The position numbers and the translations under genes were made by a program. This document shows positions 12,901-31,400 of a stretch of DNA of 64,000 nucleotides, piece by piece. Position 1 is the stretch's first letter, and the number at the start of each line of letters is the position of its first letter. The DNA comes from Takakia lepidozioides. Lineage: Eukaryota > Plantae > Bryophyta. The notes under the pieces are model-generated. The model had not been told where the DNA came from. It searched no databases and saw only the letters and a program-made list of their open reading frames with translations. The stretch spans positions 28,458,001 to 28,522,000 of the forward strand of contig CM060733.1 of NCBI GenBank assembly GCA_030704615.1, read 5' to 3'.

Positions 12901-13402
12901 TCCCTTTCCAAGACAACTTCGTCCATATTGCCAGTACCCCTGCAATCGCTATGAATAGGGTTCGGCTGAACTGTTCCAGCTTGTTTGCGGGCCCTGTAAC
13001 GAGACTGAGTCAGTCGTTTCCGCTCATTGAAAGCACGAAGTCTTTCCACTTGCAAAGCGGCCTCCTTAGCTCTTTGTTTGGGCCCAGGCCGAGATGGCCC
13101 TCTCTGCTGAGGAGCCATACTTCTACGCTTGAATCGTAAAACCTGCACATGTACCACTTGTCGAACATAAGGGCATGCAGTAAGCAAGACAACAAGCAGA
13201 CCTTGTATAGAATAAAATCACCTTCTCGAGGCCTATCAATACAATACCATGGAAAAGGTTCTAGAGGAAACTTAGGCTTTGGCTGGAAAGGTGCATCTGA
13301 GGCATTTCCACATATGCTCAAATCTGTCATGGCAAAGAACAGAACTTCAAGTTCGAAATCCTCAGCACTGAAGTGTTCTTCATCGTTATCAAGAATAAGC
13401 AT
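9936..13402 (-). pseudogene. Sola2-type DDD transposase, ~970 aa when reconstructed; exons ~13402-13202, 13142-12337, 11845-9936; at least 3 frameshifts and 1 stop
   Basis: Motifs GKRSFDALKP..VCCCIYH, DFSEN.SFEVQNEVQSMHW, FISDD..HD, WSDGCSAQFK and GHGKGPHDGAG..IKR match the Sola2 pattern DFAENY/SDG..QYK/HGK.PCDG. Phase-0 GT-AG introns at 13143-13201 and 11846-12336 join ILYK|VLRF and EPQ|MDFY. Confidence 0.85.
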
Positions 13403-13619
13403 CGCGATGATTAAATAAAACTCACCCAGAGTACACACTCAGGCTGTGTACAACAGAGCGCACATGAGAACCGTAGAAGAGAGAGAACTCGAAAGCACGC
13501 AAGTGCTTGCTCACACAGGTCGATACGCGGGCTCTTTGCAAAATTCAAAATCGCGTTTTCACATTATTATTTAAACAAAAATAAAACAAAAAATAAAAAA
13601 ATCCGACACGTCAGCTGGT

Positions 13620-14149
13620 ATGGTACTGTGTCGACCCAGAGTTTTCCAACGGATTAGTCCATGTAGCAACAGTCCATTGTACAACATCCTCTTTTACACC
13701 CTTTTAGTAAAAGCAACCACCCCTAAAAACACAATCCACCATGGACTTTTGCAAAAACCTCCATTTTTTGGACATATATTAGTCCATAGGTGTCAAATGG
13801 CAAATGATTTTGCCACTTCAAAGTTATATATATGAAGTTCTCCAAAATGGCCTTACGATGTCCAAATTTCAATGGAATTCATCAATGGCACATATACATT
13901 TTTGAGTTCTATGTATTTCCATTCGTTGTGAAAACAATCCACAGTTCTTGTTCTCAAAAGTCCATAGAGTTCTCATTTTTTATCGGATTGTCAATTGGAT
14001 AGTTGCTATAGGTAGATATTGAAGCTAGGAATCCAATGCCATATACATTTATTGGTATTAGTGATAATATTGAAAAATATTGAAGATGACATCAATTGCA
14101 GTCACAAAAAACTGTGCCGATAACGTCCATTTTGGTCCAGTCAACCCTG
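13620..14149. mobile_element. Right end and subterminal region of the transposase-bearing element, or an abutting MITE of the same family
   Basis: Ends in ttttggtccagtcaaccctg (reverse complement CAGGGTTGACTGGACCAAAA). 13700-14015 is a direct repeat of 18930-19235. Rich in AGTCCAT/ATGGACT motifs. Confidence 0.65.
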
Positions 14150-17100
14150 CATTCATCCATTACTCATTTTGTGGAGAGGTTGAGAGGGTGTACAAACCCC
14201 GAAGCGCGGCGCGTACCAGGAGACGATATATCTCCTACTGATCGGCAGCAGCAGCCCAAAGGGGCGAGAAAACGGAAGCCTGATGCGCATGCAGCTTCAC
14301 AAGTGTCTGCCCTTGCGAAGAGGACTAGCCATAGTGGGTCCGACACCGATTTTGAATGCACCAAACCAAAGAAGGGGGCAAAAAATGTTAAGATTTTTAC
14401 TACTTTACCCTCCGCCCGTGACAGACAAGCCAAAGTGCGGCCTGAACTCGCTGTCACTTGGAGTAGAAAGCCCAAGAAAAAATATCCCTACAGCCGTGAA
14501 CAACCAGCAGCAGAAATGGGGGGGATCGGTCTCAAAGTCAGGGGGGCTAGTCCGGAAAACAGCGAAGACACGGACATGTGGGGGATCAGACTAATCATCA
14601 GGACTACTCATCAGGACGAAGGGGAGTAGTCTGCCAGCTTGGGGCCTCCTGCAGGGGATAGGGCCATGGCGTCGACCACAACACACCGCACCCGATCACT
14701 CCTCCTGGAACATTTATACTCCTCCAACATGGACTTCTCCCTTCCAATTATACTAACCAGAATGATGAAAGATTCTGGGATGCATTTGTGAATTTTGCAT
14801 GGAGTGGAAGGTTTGCAATGCGAGTGGAGAGGGCTGAACGCCGCTGGAGAAGATGGCTTCTACAAGAACATGTTTGCTTCACCTCCCAATCTGCCATTTT
14901 CAGTTTATGGCCATATGCTCCCCCCAATATTTTCCCATAATTGCCCCCGGTTTGTAAATGCTGATTTTGTGTTGCCTGCAGATCAATACTTCTGCGGGAG
15001 AAATTGAGGCTGTGCAGAAATCAGTGCGGGCATGGAGCACCTGCAAAGACGGCATTCCCCGTGCTGTATCCATTGGGCTGGAGTTGGAAGATTTTGAGAG
15101 GTACCTTGTGGCCTGCTCCCCATCATCTCTAGATCTCCAGTTTGATATTGTTGAATTATTGCTGGAGGAGCAGGACGTTCGATGTCTCTTCCTGAATTCC
15201 CTCTCCTAAGAACTGCCGAGGGATCTGATGTCATTGTCTCCTAGCTGAAACATCAATGTCCAGCCCGACTGCCTTCGGTCCCTGTTCCCCTCCAAGTTTT
15301 TTCTACCATGGACCCTCGACCCCCTATTTCACACTTGTATCATTTGGCCGATTTAAGGCACGACATCTGCCCCAGTCATATCATGATGCTTTTTGCACCA
15401 CAAACTGCTCACAAACTGCCCTATCATGGATTTGGACTATTCTTGCATGGAGATTGGCGGACGTTTGGGAATTTTCAGAATCAGGAAAGTATGTTGAAAG
15501 AAATGCTCCTGGCAGAGGGACAGCTTAGATATGGTACATGCAGATCGTCGACTCCTGCCGAACATTTCTTCGCATGGTGCGTGCCCGAACGTTCCATGAA
15601 TTTGTAGCAACGGAAATGGCTCACTTTCAACTTTTGTGGTGCAAGGGCAACGATGCCGAAGGCCTACGACGTGCAGCCAGGGCCTGGGATGATCTATTGT
15701 TTAGGCGGGAGCACATTGATTTGGGACGCTACGTGCATCTTTTGAGTAAGTGCATGTTTTGCCTCTCTAAGAGTCTGTCATTATAAAGATCAGAATTGGA
15801 ATAGATAAATGGGGGAGCAGACTTTACAGTCGGGGATCGGGGGATCAGGGGATCAAAGCTAAGACACAAGGGCTTGTCTCTATGATAGGTGAGGCTAAGG
15901 CAGCTGATGTTGGAATTCAAAATGCCATGGAGGAGGTCTTGCGAGCAAACAAGGTGTTGTTGGCGAGAAGACATGAACTACATGAGCGACGAATGTCACC
16001 ATATGTCCATCACATTTCCCACATCGACGTTGACGCCTTTAATTTATTGCAATTGTCCTACCATGCATCGTAGATGACGTCGCCAACACCCTAACAGGTT
16101 CAATACCTTCAAGCGCCTTATACAGAGACTTTTCAAGTGGAATCTCCGACGGCAGGTTTCTACACACCCATTGCGGAAGTTGATGTCAATCCCATCCCCT
16201 CTCATACTGTTCTACCTCACAGTCTTCTTTTAGACTCCCCAAGGGAATACTCTGCTGCCCTCACTGTCTGTGCTGCCCCCGCCTCTTCTCCCCTTCCTAT
16301 CTCTGATTCCTCCCAAGGAGCGACCCTCCTCTCCGCTACCCTCTCTTTCTCTGCTGCCCCATCAAATGATGTCCCCGCCGCTGCTCCCCTTCAAATCTGT
16401 GATCCCGCATCAGGTGCTACCCTCCTCTCCGCCCCCCCCTATGTGTCTGCCGCATGTGATCCCCCCGCTTCTACTCTTCTTCCATTATCTGCTCCCCCAG
16501 AAGTGGTTACCCTCGTCTCACCCCATGCTATTCCATCGGACTCATCCCCCCTCGCATGAGTTTTCTTTTTGTGCTCCCCCCTCATCTGGTTCTGCTTTAG
16601 TGTGTGTCACTGCTCCCTCCTTTTCTGATCTCCCTTTAGCCCTGGCAGCCCCCACCTCTACTCCTGATTTTGTGTTTGCTCCCCCAGATCTGTCTTCTAT
16701 TAAGCATGCATCCGTGTGTGACCCTGGTTCCCCCCTGTCTGCCCCTGATTTCCACTATTCTTCCCCACATCTGTCTGCTCTCTCACATGCTACTGTGACT
16801 CCCTCTGGCCCCCCCCTGAGTACTCCATCACCCGAGGTGTCATCCCCAATGTTGTTCCCGATGTCATGCCTGCTCCCCCCAAGTCGCAGCTGGCTGCTGT
16901 GTTTCTCTGTCGTCCTTCACTCTCTGCCCTTGTCCAATTATCTCTTTCAACTCATCCCGAGTCTGTGTGTACTTCCCACGTGGAGAGGGAGGATGTGCCA
17001 AGAATGGTGGATCCAACTGCCAAGTCCAGCCGATTTGCAGCTGTTTCCAGTCCTCTGCCGACGACACAGACTGAGGTTATGTCAACATTGAGTCATTGCC

Positions 17101-17818
17101 AGGGAACACCGAATTGGCAACGGAGGGGTTTGTTTCATCCATGTCTGTTTTCCCCAGATGCACCCCCGTGTCATCCACATGCCATCCCATTGTTATCCGC
17201 ACTCAAGATAGTCTGGTCTCCCCCATAGTAGAGCGCTTACTCCAATCCCTTGGTAATGCTCCCATCGCTTCCACAGATCCTTGGAATATTGAATTGGGGC
17301 TCACCCTTGGCTCCACATTCACCACGGGTTTGACGGTGCCCCCTACTGCGATTTCTACTCCAACCCCCTTGCACATGGGTTTGATCTCCGGCAAACCATC
17401 ATCTGGCCCAGTAGCAGATCGAACACGACATAGAGTTGCTGCAAAAAACTTTGGGACGCTAATTGCACCTTCAGGGGAAAAACCAGGGGGATCAGAAAGA
17501 AACAAAGGATAAGGGGAACGAGAAGGAACAGAGAAGGGCAAGGGGGAGCAAACCGGAGAAGGGATCGGCAAGGGGAAGCAAAGATCCCCGAAGGATGAGG
17601 GGGAGCCGAAGCATGCCACAAAAATCAAGGTGACGATGCGGGGGAGGGAGGAGAATCGTGCAGCGGAGGGGGAAAGTAAAGCTATCACCAGAACATGGAA
17701 GAAACAAAAGGTGAAATCTGGCCGGCCAAAAGTCACTAAGAAAGTGGGCCAGGGCTTCAAACGACCAAGGGGGGACCAAATTCATGGTGAGTACATTCAG
17801 CAGGGCTTATACGCATGA
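14150..17818 (+). pseudogene. Large decayed orphan ORF (basic N-terminus, globular middle, Pro/Ser/Ala-rich tract, Lys/Glu/Gly-rich tail), probably TE-borne
   Basis: Unbroken chain of same-strand ORFs (14096-14629, 14795-15007, 14958-15209, 15256-15528, 15538-15786, 15882-16073, 16137-17512, 17630-17818) joined by single stops or frameshifts. No introns evident. Confidence 0.5.
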
Positions 17819-17844
17819 TACGTGGATGATATGGTTGCTTGGGT

Positions 17845-18195
17845 AGATATCGTCGACGATCATCGTGAATTCATGATCATGAAGAAATTGAGTGCGTTGA
17901 TACACTCAGTTTTGCGTTTGGGGGAGGGGGGGGGGGGATTAAATTTTAAAAAATAAAATAAAAATTGTTCCCCCCCCCGGGAGAATTGAGTGCGTCAACG
18001 CACTCAATTTCTTCATGATCATGATTTCAGGATGATCATCGACGACAGGTGCGGGTCCGGATTTTCACCCTGGGTACCCGGCGGGTTTTGGGGGGAAAAA
18101 AAAAAAACTTTCTCCCCCCCCCCCGAGAACTAAGTGCGTCAACACACTCGATTTTTTCATGATCATGATTTCATGATGATCATTGATGACATCGA
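17845..18195. repeat. Nested hairpin / inverted-repeat cluster
   Basis: 17852-17912 is inverted at 17983-18047, with a further copy at 18127-18193. Each carries an aattgagtgcgt-ca-acgcactcaatt-type stem. G-runs pair with C-runs in the spacers. Confidence 0.8.
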
Positions 18196-18642
18196 TTTTT
18201 CACCATTTGGCCGCCTAAAAATCCCCTTAGCGAATGAAACAAAGGGAAAAAGATGTCCAAATAAGGCAGTTTTCGCCAAAAATTGGGGGTCTCAAAAAGG
18301 TCCTCGTCTGTGGACCCACGGGGCAGCACAATGTAGTCATGGCGGGCCCCATGTAGGATGATCTGACGGGCCAGATGAGGAGTGGGTTTAGGATTGTGGG
18401 GCCTCCTCCTTTTCTCAAGGAGATGCTCGTCGCCAGTCTTGCGAGAACTATACAACTTTCAACTATTTCTGTACTTCACCTTCTATTGCTCATCAACATC
18501 CATTTGATTCGCAAAATATGGCAAGGGCGGAAATACACGTAGCCTACCAATTCGAGGAAAATTACCTAGAGTGGGCCACTATCCTACACCAAATATATAT
18601 AGCCACTCCTACCCGTTTTCAAAATCCTTAAAAAAACCCTGG

Positions 18643-19240
18643 TAGGGTTGAGTGGACCAAAAACGGCAGATCCTGCTTCATGAAAGTCCATGACCAAAAA
18701 CAAAAAGTTGATGATACTATCCCAAAAATTTCTTTAGTGACAGATAATGGTATACTGAACATATTTAGTAAAGAGTCCTACCCCAAATATTAAAGATATA
18801 ATTCATTAAATATTTTAGTATATTATTTAGAGAAAATATGAAAAACTAAAAATTAGAGGTTACAAAAAACTTTCAATATGACACCTAGCCATTGAAGATT
18901 ATAGGTTTTTATACTTCTAGGAAAAAAATGACACCCAAAATCCAAAAATCAAGATGAGCTATGGACTTTTTTTTAAACACCTATTTTTTTGGACATATAT
19001 TAGTCCATGTGAGTCAAATGACAAATGATTTTGCCACTTTAAATCCATACCTATGATGTGGACCAAAATGGCCACCTTATGTCCAAATTTCAATGGAATT
19101 CATCAATGGCACATAGGAGAACTTGAGTCCATTGTAATTTCATTCATTGCGGTAACAGTCCACAATGACGGTGTTCAAAATTCCATAGCGGAGTCATTTC
19201 TTATCGGATTCATGATTGGAGAGTTGCTATTGGCTGCGTA
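18643..19240 (+). mobile_element. 3'-truncated MITE of the GGACCAAAA-TIR family
   Basis: Starts TAGGGTTGAGTGGACCAAAAA. 18645-18970 matches 32145-32452 inverted, and 18930-19235 matches 13700-14015 direct. Confidence 0.7.
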
Positions 19241-19249
19241 TTGATAGTA

Positions 19250-19525
19250 CATGGGAAATTGCACTTGGTCTTAGATTTCAATTCTTCACACATGGGCCAA
19301 AAGTACAAGCTACCCTAGAGGTCGCACTTGGGCCTCGACACAGGAGACGCACTGGGATATATAGTAGATCTTACACGTGGGCTTAGATGACACTGGACAC
19401 TTGGGCCAACCCCACACTAGGCTATCCTAGAGGTCGCATTTGAGCCTCGACTTATGAATATAAGGGGATTGCACTTGGACTTAGATGACACCGGACACTT
19501 GGGCCAACGGCACAGGCTACCCTAG
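19250..19525 (-). repeat. Short inverted copy of the ~100-bp GCCCAAGTG satellite
   Basis: cacttgggccaacggcacaggctacccta and similar strings are reverse complements of units at 43070-45120. Confidence 0.85.
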
Positions 19526-19605
19526 TACGCCTTATTATGTAAGCCACCCACTCTAATTCTTGGACCACTCTAGAATGAACAGGGCCCAACCAAACTTGGG
19601 GGCTT

Positions 19606-25930
<6,325 letters not shown>

Positions 25931-26199
25931 ATTTTTGTCATGTGGTACTTTGTGGCAGTATGTGTGTTGTTAAATATATATTTTGTCTCCATCTTTTGGA
26001 GGGTCCGCCAGTCCGCTGGAAGGTTGGAGTTGGTCAGCTGGAGGGTTTGCCCATTCCGCTAAAAAATCCGCTGCCATAGAAGAGAAGAAGTTAGGAAAAT
26101 TTCAGCATCCGGCTCACCCCGTGAATGACTGGGCTTATGAGCTCACCCCATGGGCCATACTGGCGGGGCCATAGGCGGAGTGAAGTTGCTATTATCTTA

Positions 26200-27720
26200 A
26201 AATGAGAGCCCCTAGAAAGATCCTATGTCTATCTATTATATGTATTTCCGCTTGCATACATATCACCCCCATAACCGTGGATCCTGCTCATGGGGCATTT
26301 TTGTGCTCACCCTATGCTCACACCATACCAATCCCCCTAGAGGCTCACTCAAAATAGAATTGATATTGATAATCGGCAATTATATAGGTTTTAATGTCCG
26401 GTTCATATTGAAAATTGGATGTTATAAGTTATTGAATGTCTCGGTAGATACTTGGGTATGGGGTAGGAAATTCAAGATGTGGGGAAACACATGAGTACAA
26501 GAGGATATTTTGCGTATCCCACAATACCTTGGGAATATTTTACAGCGAAACGATAATTTGCGAAACTCAAAAATCTGCAACACTATACTCAATTGTTCAT
26601 ACAAGAATTAATTGCAATATATAAAGAACAAGTAATATGATGAACATGTTGTCTTATAGGCGTGGATTTTTCTCATGTTGTGCTCACATGATACGAGGCC
26701 CTTTCCATAATGCGCTCCATACTGGCGCTGAGACTTCAGGTCGTCTTATCCATGGCAAGTTTCGCAATGCAAAACTTCTACATTTGGAGATATATTTTTT
26801 CAAGGCGAAATTGGAAATTTATAGGGTTTAAGCTCCATATACTGGAGAGATTTCCTTACAATATGTGGAACATATACTCTAAACCCTATTAGCTCTCATG
26901 ACAATATCTGGATAAATATACTGCTACACCAACTACCCATGCCTCTAGTTGATACTTCACTGAAGTTGAAATGATGGATAAGGTTACGACAGATGTGGGA
27001 TTGTTGGGTGTTGGTATAAATAATTCAAGCTAGCTATATATATATATATATAAGGGAAACACCTAGGAGTGACAACTCACAAATCAGGCCCCTTAAAATG
27101 AAGCTATGTCATTAAGGGTTTGTCAATGCCGCTGCTTAACGTTAATGCCTATATCACCAGAGGTTGGGTAGCATGTGAGCATGCTCACGCCAGCGGGTGT
27201 GAGCACAAAGGCATATTCCAAATATTCCAATAGATTATGGAGAATATGCGATGGCGAAACCAAAATGCGCTCACGCGGTAAGAAATACGAAACTATCTGA
27301 AAATCATGCTCATGCGAAAAATAAATAAAAAATCATGGAATTAATCGTCCAAAGCTTAACTCACGTGAGCACAAAGACCCACAAAAATATTTGCCAGAAC
27401 TCAAAGATCAGCGCACGTAAATTTTTATTTATTTATTTATTTATTTTTATTTTTATTTTTATTTTTTTAAGTTTCGCCAGCGAAACTTGGTTTCGTTGGC
27501 GAGATGGGTTTGGTTTTGGTTTTGGTTTTTGTTATTTTTTTAGGTTTCTCCCTTTCAAGTCTTTCTATATGTTTAACATTATATTTAGACACCATGGAGA
27601 CCCTATAAACGCATAAAGACCCTATGTCCATCTATTATATCTATTTCCGCTGACATACATATCACCCCTATAGCCGTGGATCCCGCTCATTTTTGTGCTC
27701 ACGCGGTACCAACCCCCTAT
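26200..27720 (+). repeat. ~140-bp direct repeats (26200-26340, 27590-27720) bracketing AT-rich TE-like DNA with microsatellites
   Basis: ctatgtc.atctattatat.tatttccgct...catacatatcacccc.ata.ccgtggatcc.gctcat occurs at both sites. (TA)n lies near 27035, and (TTTA/TTTTTA)n and (TTTTGG)n lie in 27421-27530. Confidence 0.7.
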
Positions 27721-29099
27721 CACCAAAGGTTTCTCAATGCGAAACCCTCTACCACCGCTGGTATAGGTTCCTAGATTTGCAACTACGGAGCTCTTAATGC
27801 GCAAGCATGTATCCATATATCCTACTGGATTCGACAAAAAACAAGGGGCAATGTCTGTCTACAATCCTGGTATGGAGCTCTAAGATATGCTGCATAAGGG
27901 TAAGAGTCTGGTAGCAAATGGTAGCGCAAACCCTAATCCTTGGTATGTCCTAGGTTTTCGACCTACACACCCAAGGATGAGAATCATCACATCATCTGGC
28001 AGGTCGGAGATCAACCTCACCATTTCTTGCAAATTACCCATCGATGTCCTACGATCTACCGTTACAATAATGTGAGGTTGTGAGATCGGAACTAGCACGT
28101 TGTCCTCCATCATCTCTCTCCACATTCCCCGATTCCTACACTTTCCTAAATCCATTAGGGTTGTGAAATTTGAAGTGAAATCCTTGTGGGCTGGACCAAA
28201 AATTGTGGCCCTCGCACCCATAGCTCCCCCTTTGTAATTCACGACAAACTCCTCCTTAAAAAACTAGGTACCAATTTCTTCTTTTCTTCCATCGCCAAAT
28301 CAAACACAGTCTGAAGATTCATGCACTATCATGCACCAAAAAATCCCCGAAGAGTCTACAACATCAATGCACAAACACATATAGCCTATCGATGGGAGTA
28401 CAAAATGCGAGATTGTTAAGTTGAGTGATAGCCTAGCAAAAATGTGAGATTATAGTTGAGCTCCCTTACATCACATCAACAAGCTCAATGCACACCTCAA
28501 AACTCGTATGTCAGCATACAGTCCAGCCATGCCGCCAAAAACATCTCATGAAATCCAGAGGAAATAAAACGAGTTATTGTAGTAACACATCATCATCGTT
28601 GCCACATTAATTCGTGCCACACACCGAAGTGGGTGTCCTATCAATCATCACTAGCATCACGATGTGTGGGAATGAGCAATGGGTTGTGTAGATTCCTGGC
28701 ATCCATAAAACTTCAGCTACATTTCATTTCTTAGACAGCCCAATGGGGAGAAAATGACCCCTTTCGGGGAGTGATTCTACTCGCAAATGAGGCCCCTAAA
28801 TTATAGTGAGATGAAATCCTCACCTCTTTCAAAGCAATGGAGAAGCCACAACTAGGTAAGAAGGTTTGAACGTTTGAACCAATGTGGTGTTCAGGATCTA
28901 CCCAGGCATCAATAATAGGTATCATCCGGGTCTTCTAGATCCTACCACTTACACTCCGTCTTGTATGTTCATCATGGCGCTCGTGTGAGCACCACGATAG
29001 TGTTCCGGCAAGAGGTGGTTTTTCTCTCTGTCAGCTTTCACAATATTGGCGCAGGGAGATAATTGGCTACTTTGTCTCACAGCTTTCTCATGACTTCAC

Positions 29100-31400
29100 T
29101 AGGTTTATTTGTTACTCAGAGTTTTTATAGTTGTCTCCCCCTGAAGGCGTCCAGGGGATAGGGTTAGATTGTTGTTTTTCTCATAGCAGAAATTGAGAAG
29201 TCGGACTACAGGTGCGCCTACTTATTACTGGCAGATTTATCGTTGATTGACCAGAGTGTGGGCATGTCATGATATGTGCACACTGCAAACTTGGAGGTTT
29301 GGTCCCAAATGTGAACTTTGATTCAAGTACAGCTTGATGATAATGGGTCAAAGCTGTGAAGGTTTTTGAATAAAGGAATATCCTTAGTTTAGTAGATTCA
29401 GTGCTTAGTCGTGCACTTTGTTCTCTCCAAATCTTGGTAAAAGGGGCCAAATCTATGTCCAATTTGCTGTATCATTATAGTCTATAGGGAGCATCAAACC
29501 TTAGCTGCAGAAATAAGATGCTGCCATGTGAACTTTTCAGTCACGGAGTACATATGAGGAGGGTGATAAGATTGCTGATCCGTGTGCTTTTCTCAAGATG
29601 GGTGTGGCCGAGGGATGGATACACATGCTTGTAGAGAAACCTCCATCAGGGCCATTCAGAGCATTTGACCCGTGGGTCAACAAATGGTACTGTTTGTCTC
29701 CAACCCAGATCGTACAACATTGCATAACTGGGAGGGCTTTGCTTGTGTGGCCCTTGGGTCCAACCTCCTTCTCATGGGTAGTGTCCGTCGGACTCTCGAC
29801 ACTGCCACAAAGAATTTTTCTACAGGTTTGCCTCTCATTCAGTGACATCAGATACGCAAGACACATGAGGATTCTCATTCTGGTTTTCATACAAATGTTG
29901 ATTTGCAACTTTAATACTTCTTGGATCATTCATAATGGTTCTAGGGGACAGCAGCCCATAGCCATACAGCTAGAATCTATCAAATCTAGTGTCAATTTTA
30001 CAGTGGCATGTATAATTTGCAGGTGTTGTCTGCCAAGATTTCCTTAAATACAATGCACTGACCAAATAGTGGTCAACATCCAGCAGTATGATAAAACCCT
30101 GCAGTCGGTTTGCTGCTTCTATGATTGGTGACTGTGTGTATGTGGCAAGGGGTAAGAGAAACACCCATTTCCTGGACTCTGTTGAGGTGTACGATTCAAA
30201 AACTGACACATGACAACTCTACGGCAAACATGAGAAATATTCGGTCAAGCTGTCATGGGGTGGTACTGGATGACAAGTTTTGGCTGAATGCAGGGGAGTA
30301 TGTGAAGAATCACTACCAGGGGAGTACGTGAAGAATCACTATCAATGACCAATCAACGAAGGGGTCTGCAGAGGTGTTTAACCCCAACACTTGCACTTGG
30401 TGACTGATTCCTTACATGTGGCTTGATTTCTTACAAAGTATGTTGTCAATCAAAGTCTTAGTTGAACTTTGCCGGATGTCATGAAGACATATGGTTATGA
30501 TGCAGGGGCAGTGGGATATGTTAGTTTCTCTTTTCCTATTGCAAATGTTGCTCTGCATCCCTCTCATCCGTCTCCTTTGTATGCACATCCACAATGGTTG
30601 GAGGTTGAGGTGACTTCAAACCAGTTTATCCTTGCATGATAGACGGGAGATATTGGGGTTTTCTTATAGATTCTTGTTCCTGGCAAATGTCTTTAGTTAT
30701 GAAGGGAACCTGTGAATGTTGGAAAGTTTATTTGATCAGGCAGCCCAGTGATACTTGGTTCAGTCTTTCAACATGATCCTTCAACCGTCCATTGGGCCCT
30801 TGAAGGCCCGTGCGTTGAGTAGTAGGCTCTGTAAATTGGCTGGACATAAAACACACTTTAACTTCAACTTTCTTTCTCATCCTTGTTTTCCTCTCTCAAG
30901 GGTCCTCTCTCTTCATCTGCTCATGAACTTTAACGCTGGCTGTGTAGGTACTTGAACCCAACACAATGATCAAAGAGAGCTACTTCTTGTGCACCACCGC
31001 AAACTTATGGTGTACAACAAAGAGACGAACGGATGGCTGTATATGCGTCAAGTCTTGGGCAGGGATGACTGTAATCAACCATCCTAATACTTTGGCTTTG
31101 CATGTGAGAGTGTTGACTCTAATCTGTATATCATAGAGGGTGGCAGGGAGTCCTAGAAAAATCGCAACTAGTATTGTAAACAGACACTCAACACGGTTGA
31201 GGTTTGTGATTTTAGGGCCTCCAAGAGGGCGAGTCAATTTCTTGGGTGGTGGGCAGGTGCCAATACGGGAGAGAGCAGGGGCACCATACTTGCATCTATT
31301 GTTCTCTGCTGTAATTGATGCTCATTGTATTATTATTAGTCATGATGGTTTCGAGAGACTACAAAAAGTATGGCCAGATTGTTTCGATTGTCACGCGTGA
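29100..31400 (-). mobile_element. Heavily degraded possible Ty3/gypsy internal region
   Basis: Weak gag-like string (GPKITNLNRVEC...IRVNTL..KVLGW), protease-like remnants, and a tgtcacg LTR-end-like string near 31389 resembling 61618. No intact motif. Confidence 0.25.
30733..30860 (+). mobile_element. Internally deleted copy of a tRNA-derived SINE
   Basis: ccgtccattgggcccttga.ggcc.gtg.gttgag.agtaggctctgtaaatt matches 62970-63030 inverted. An A-box remnant is fused to the B box. Confidence 0.7.
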
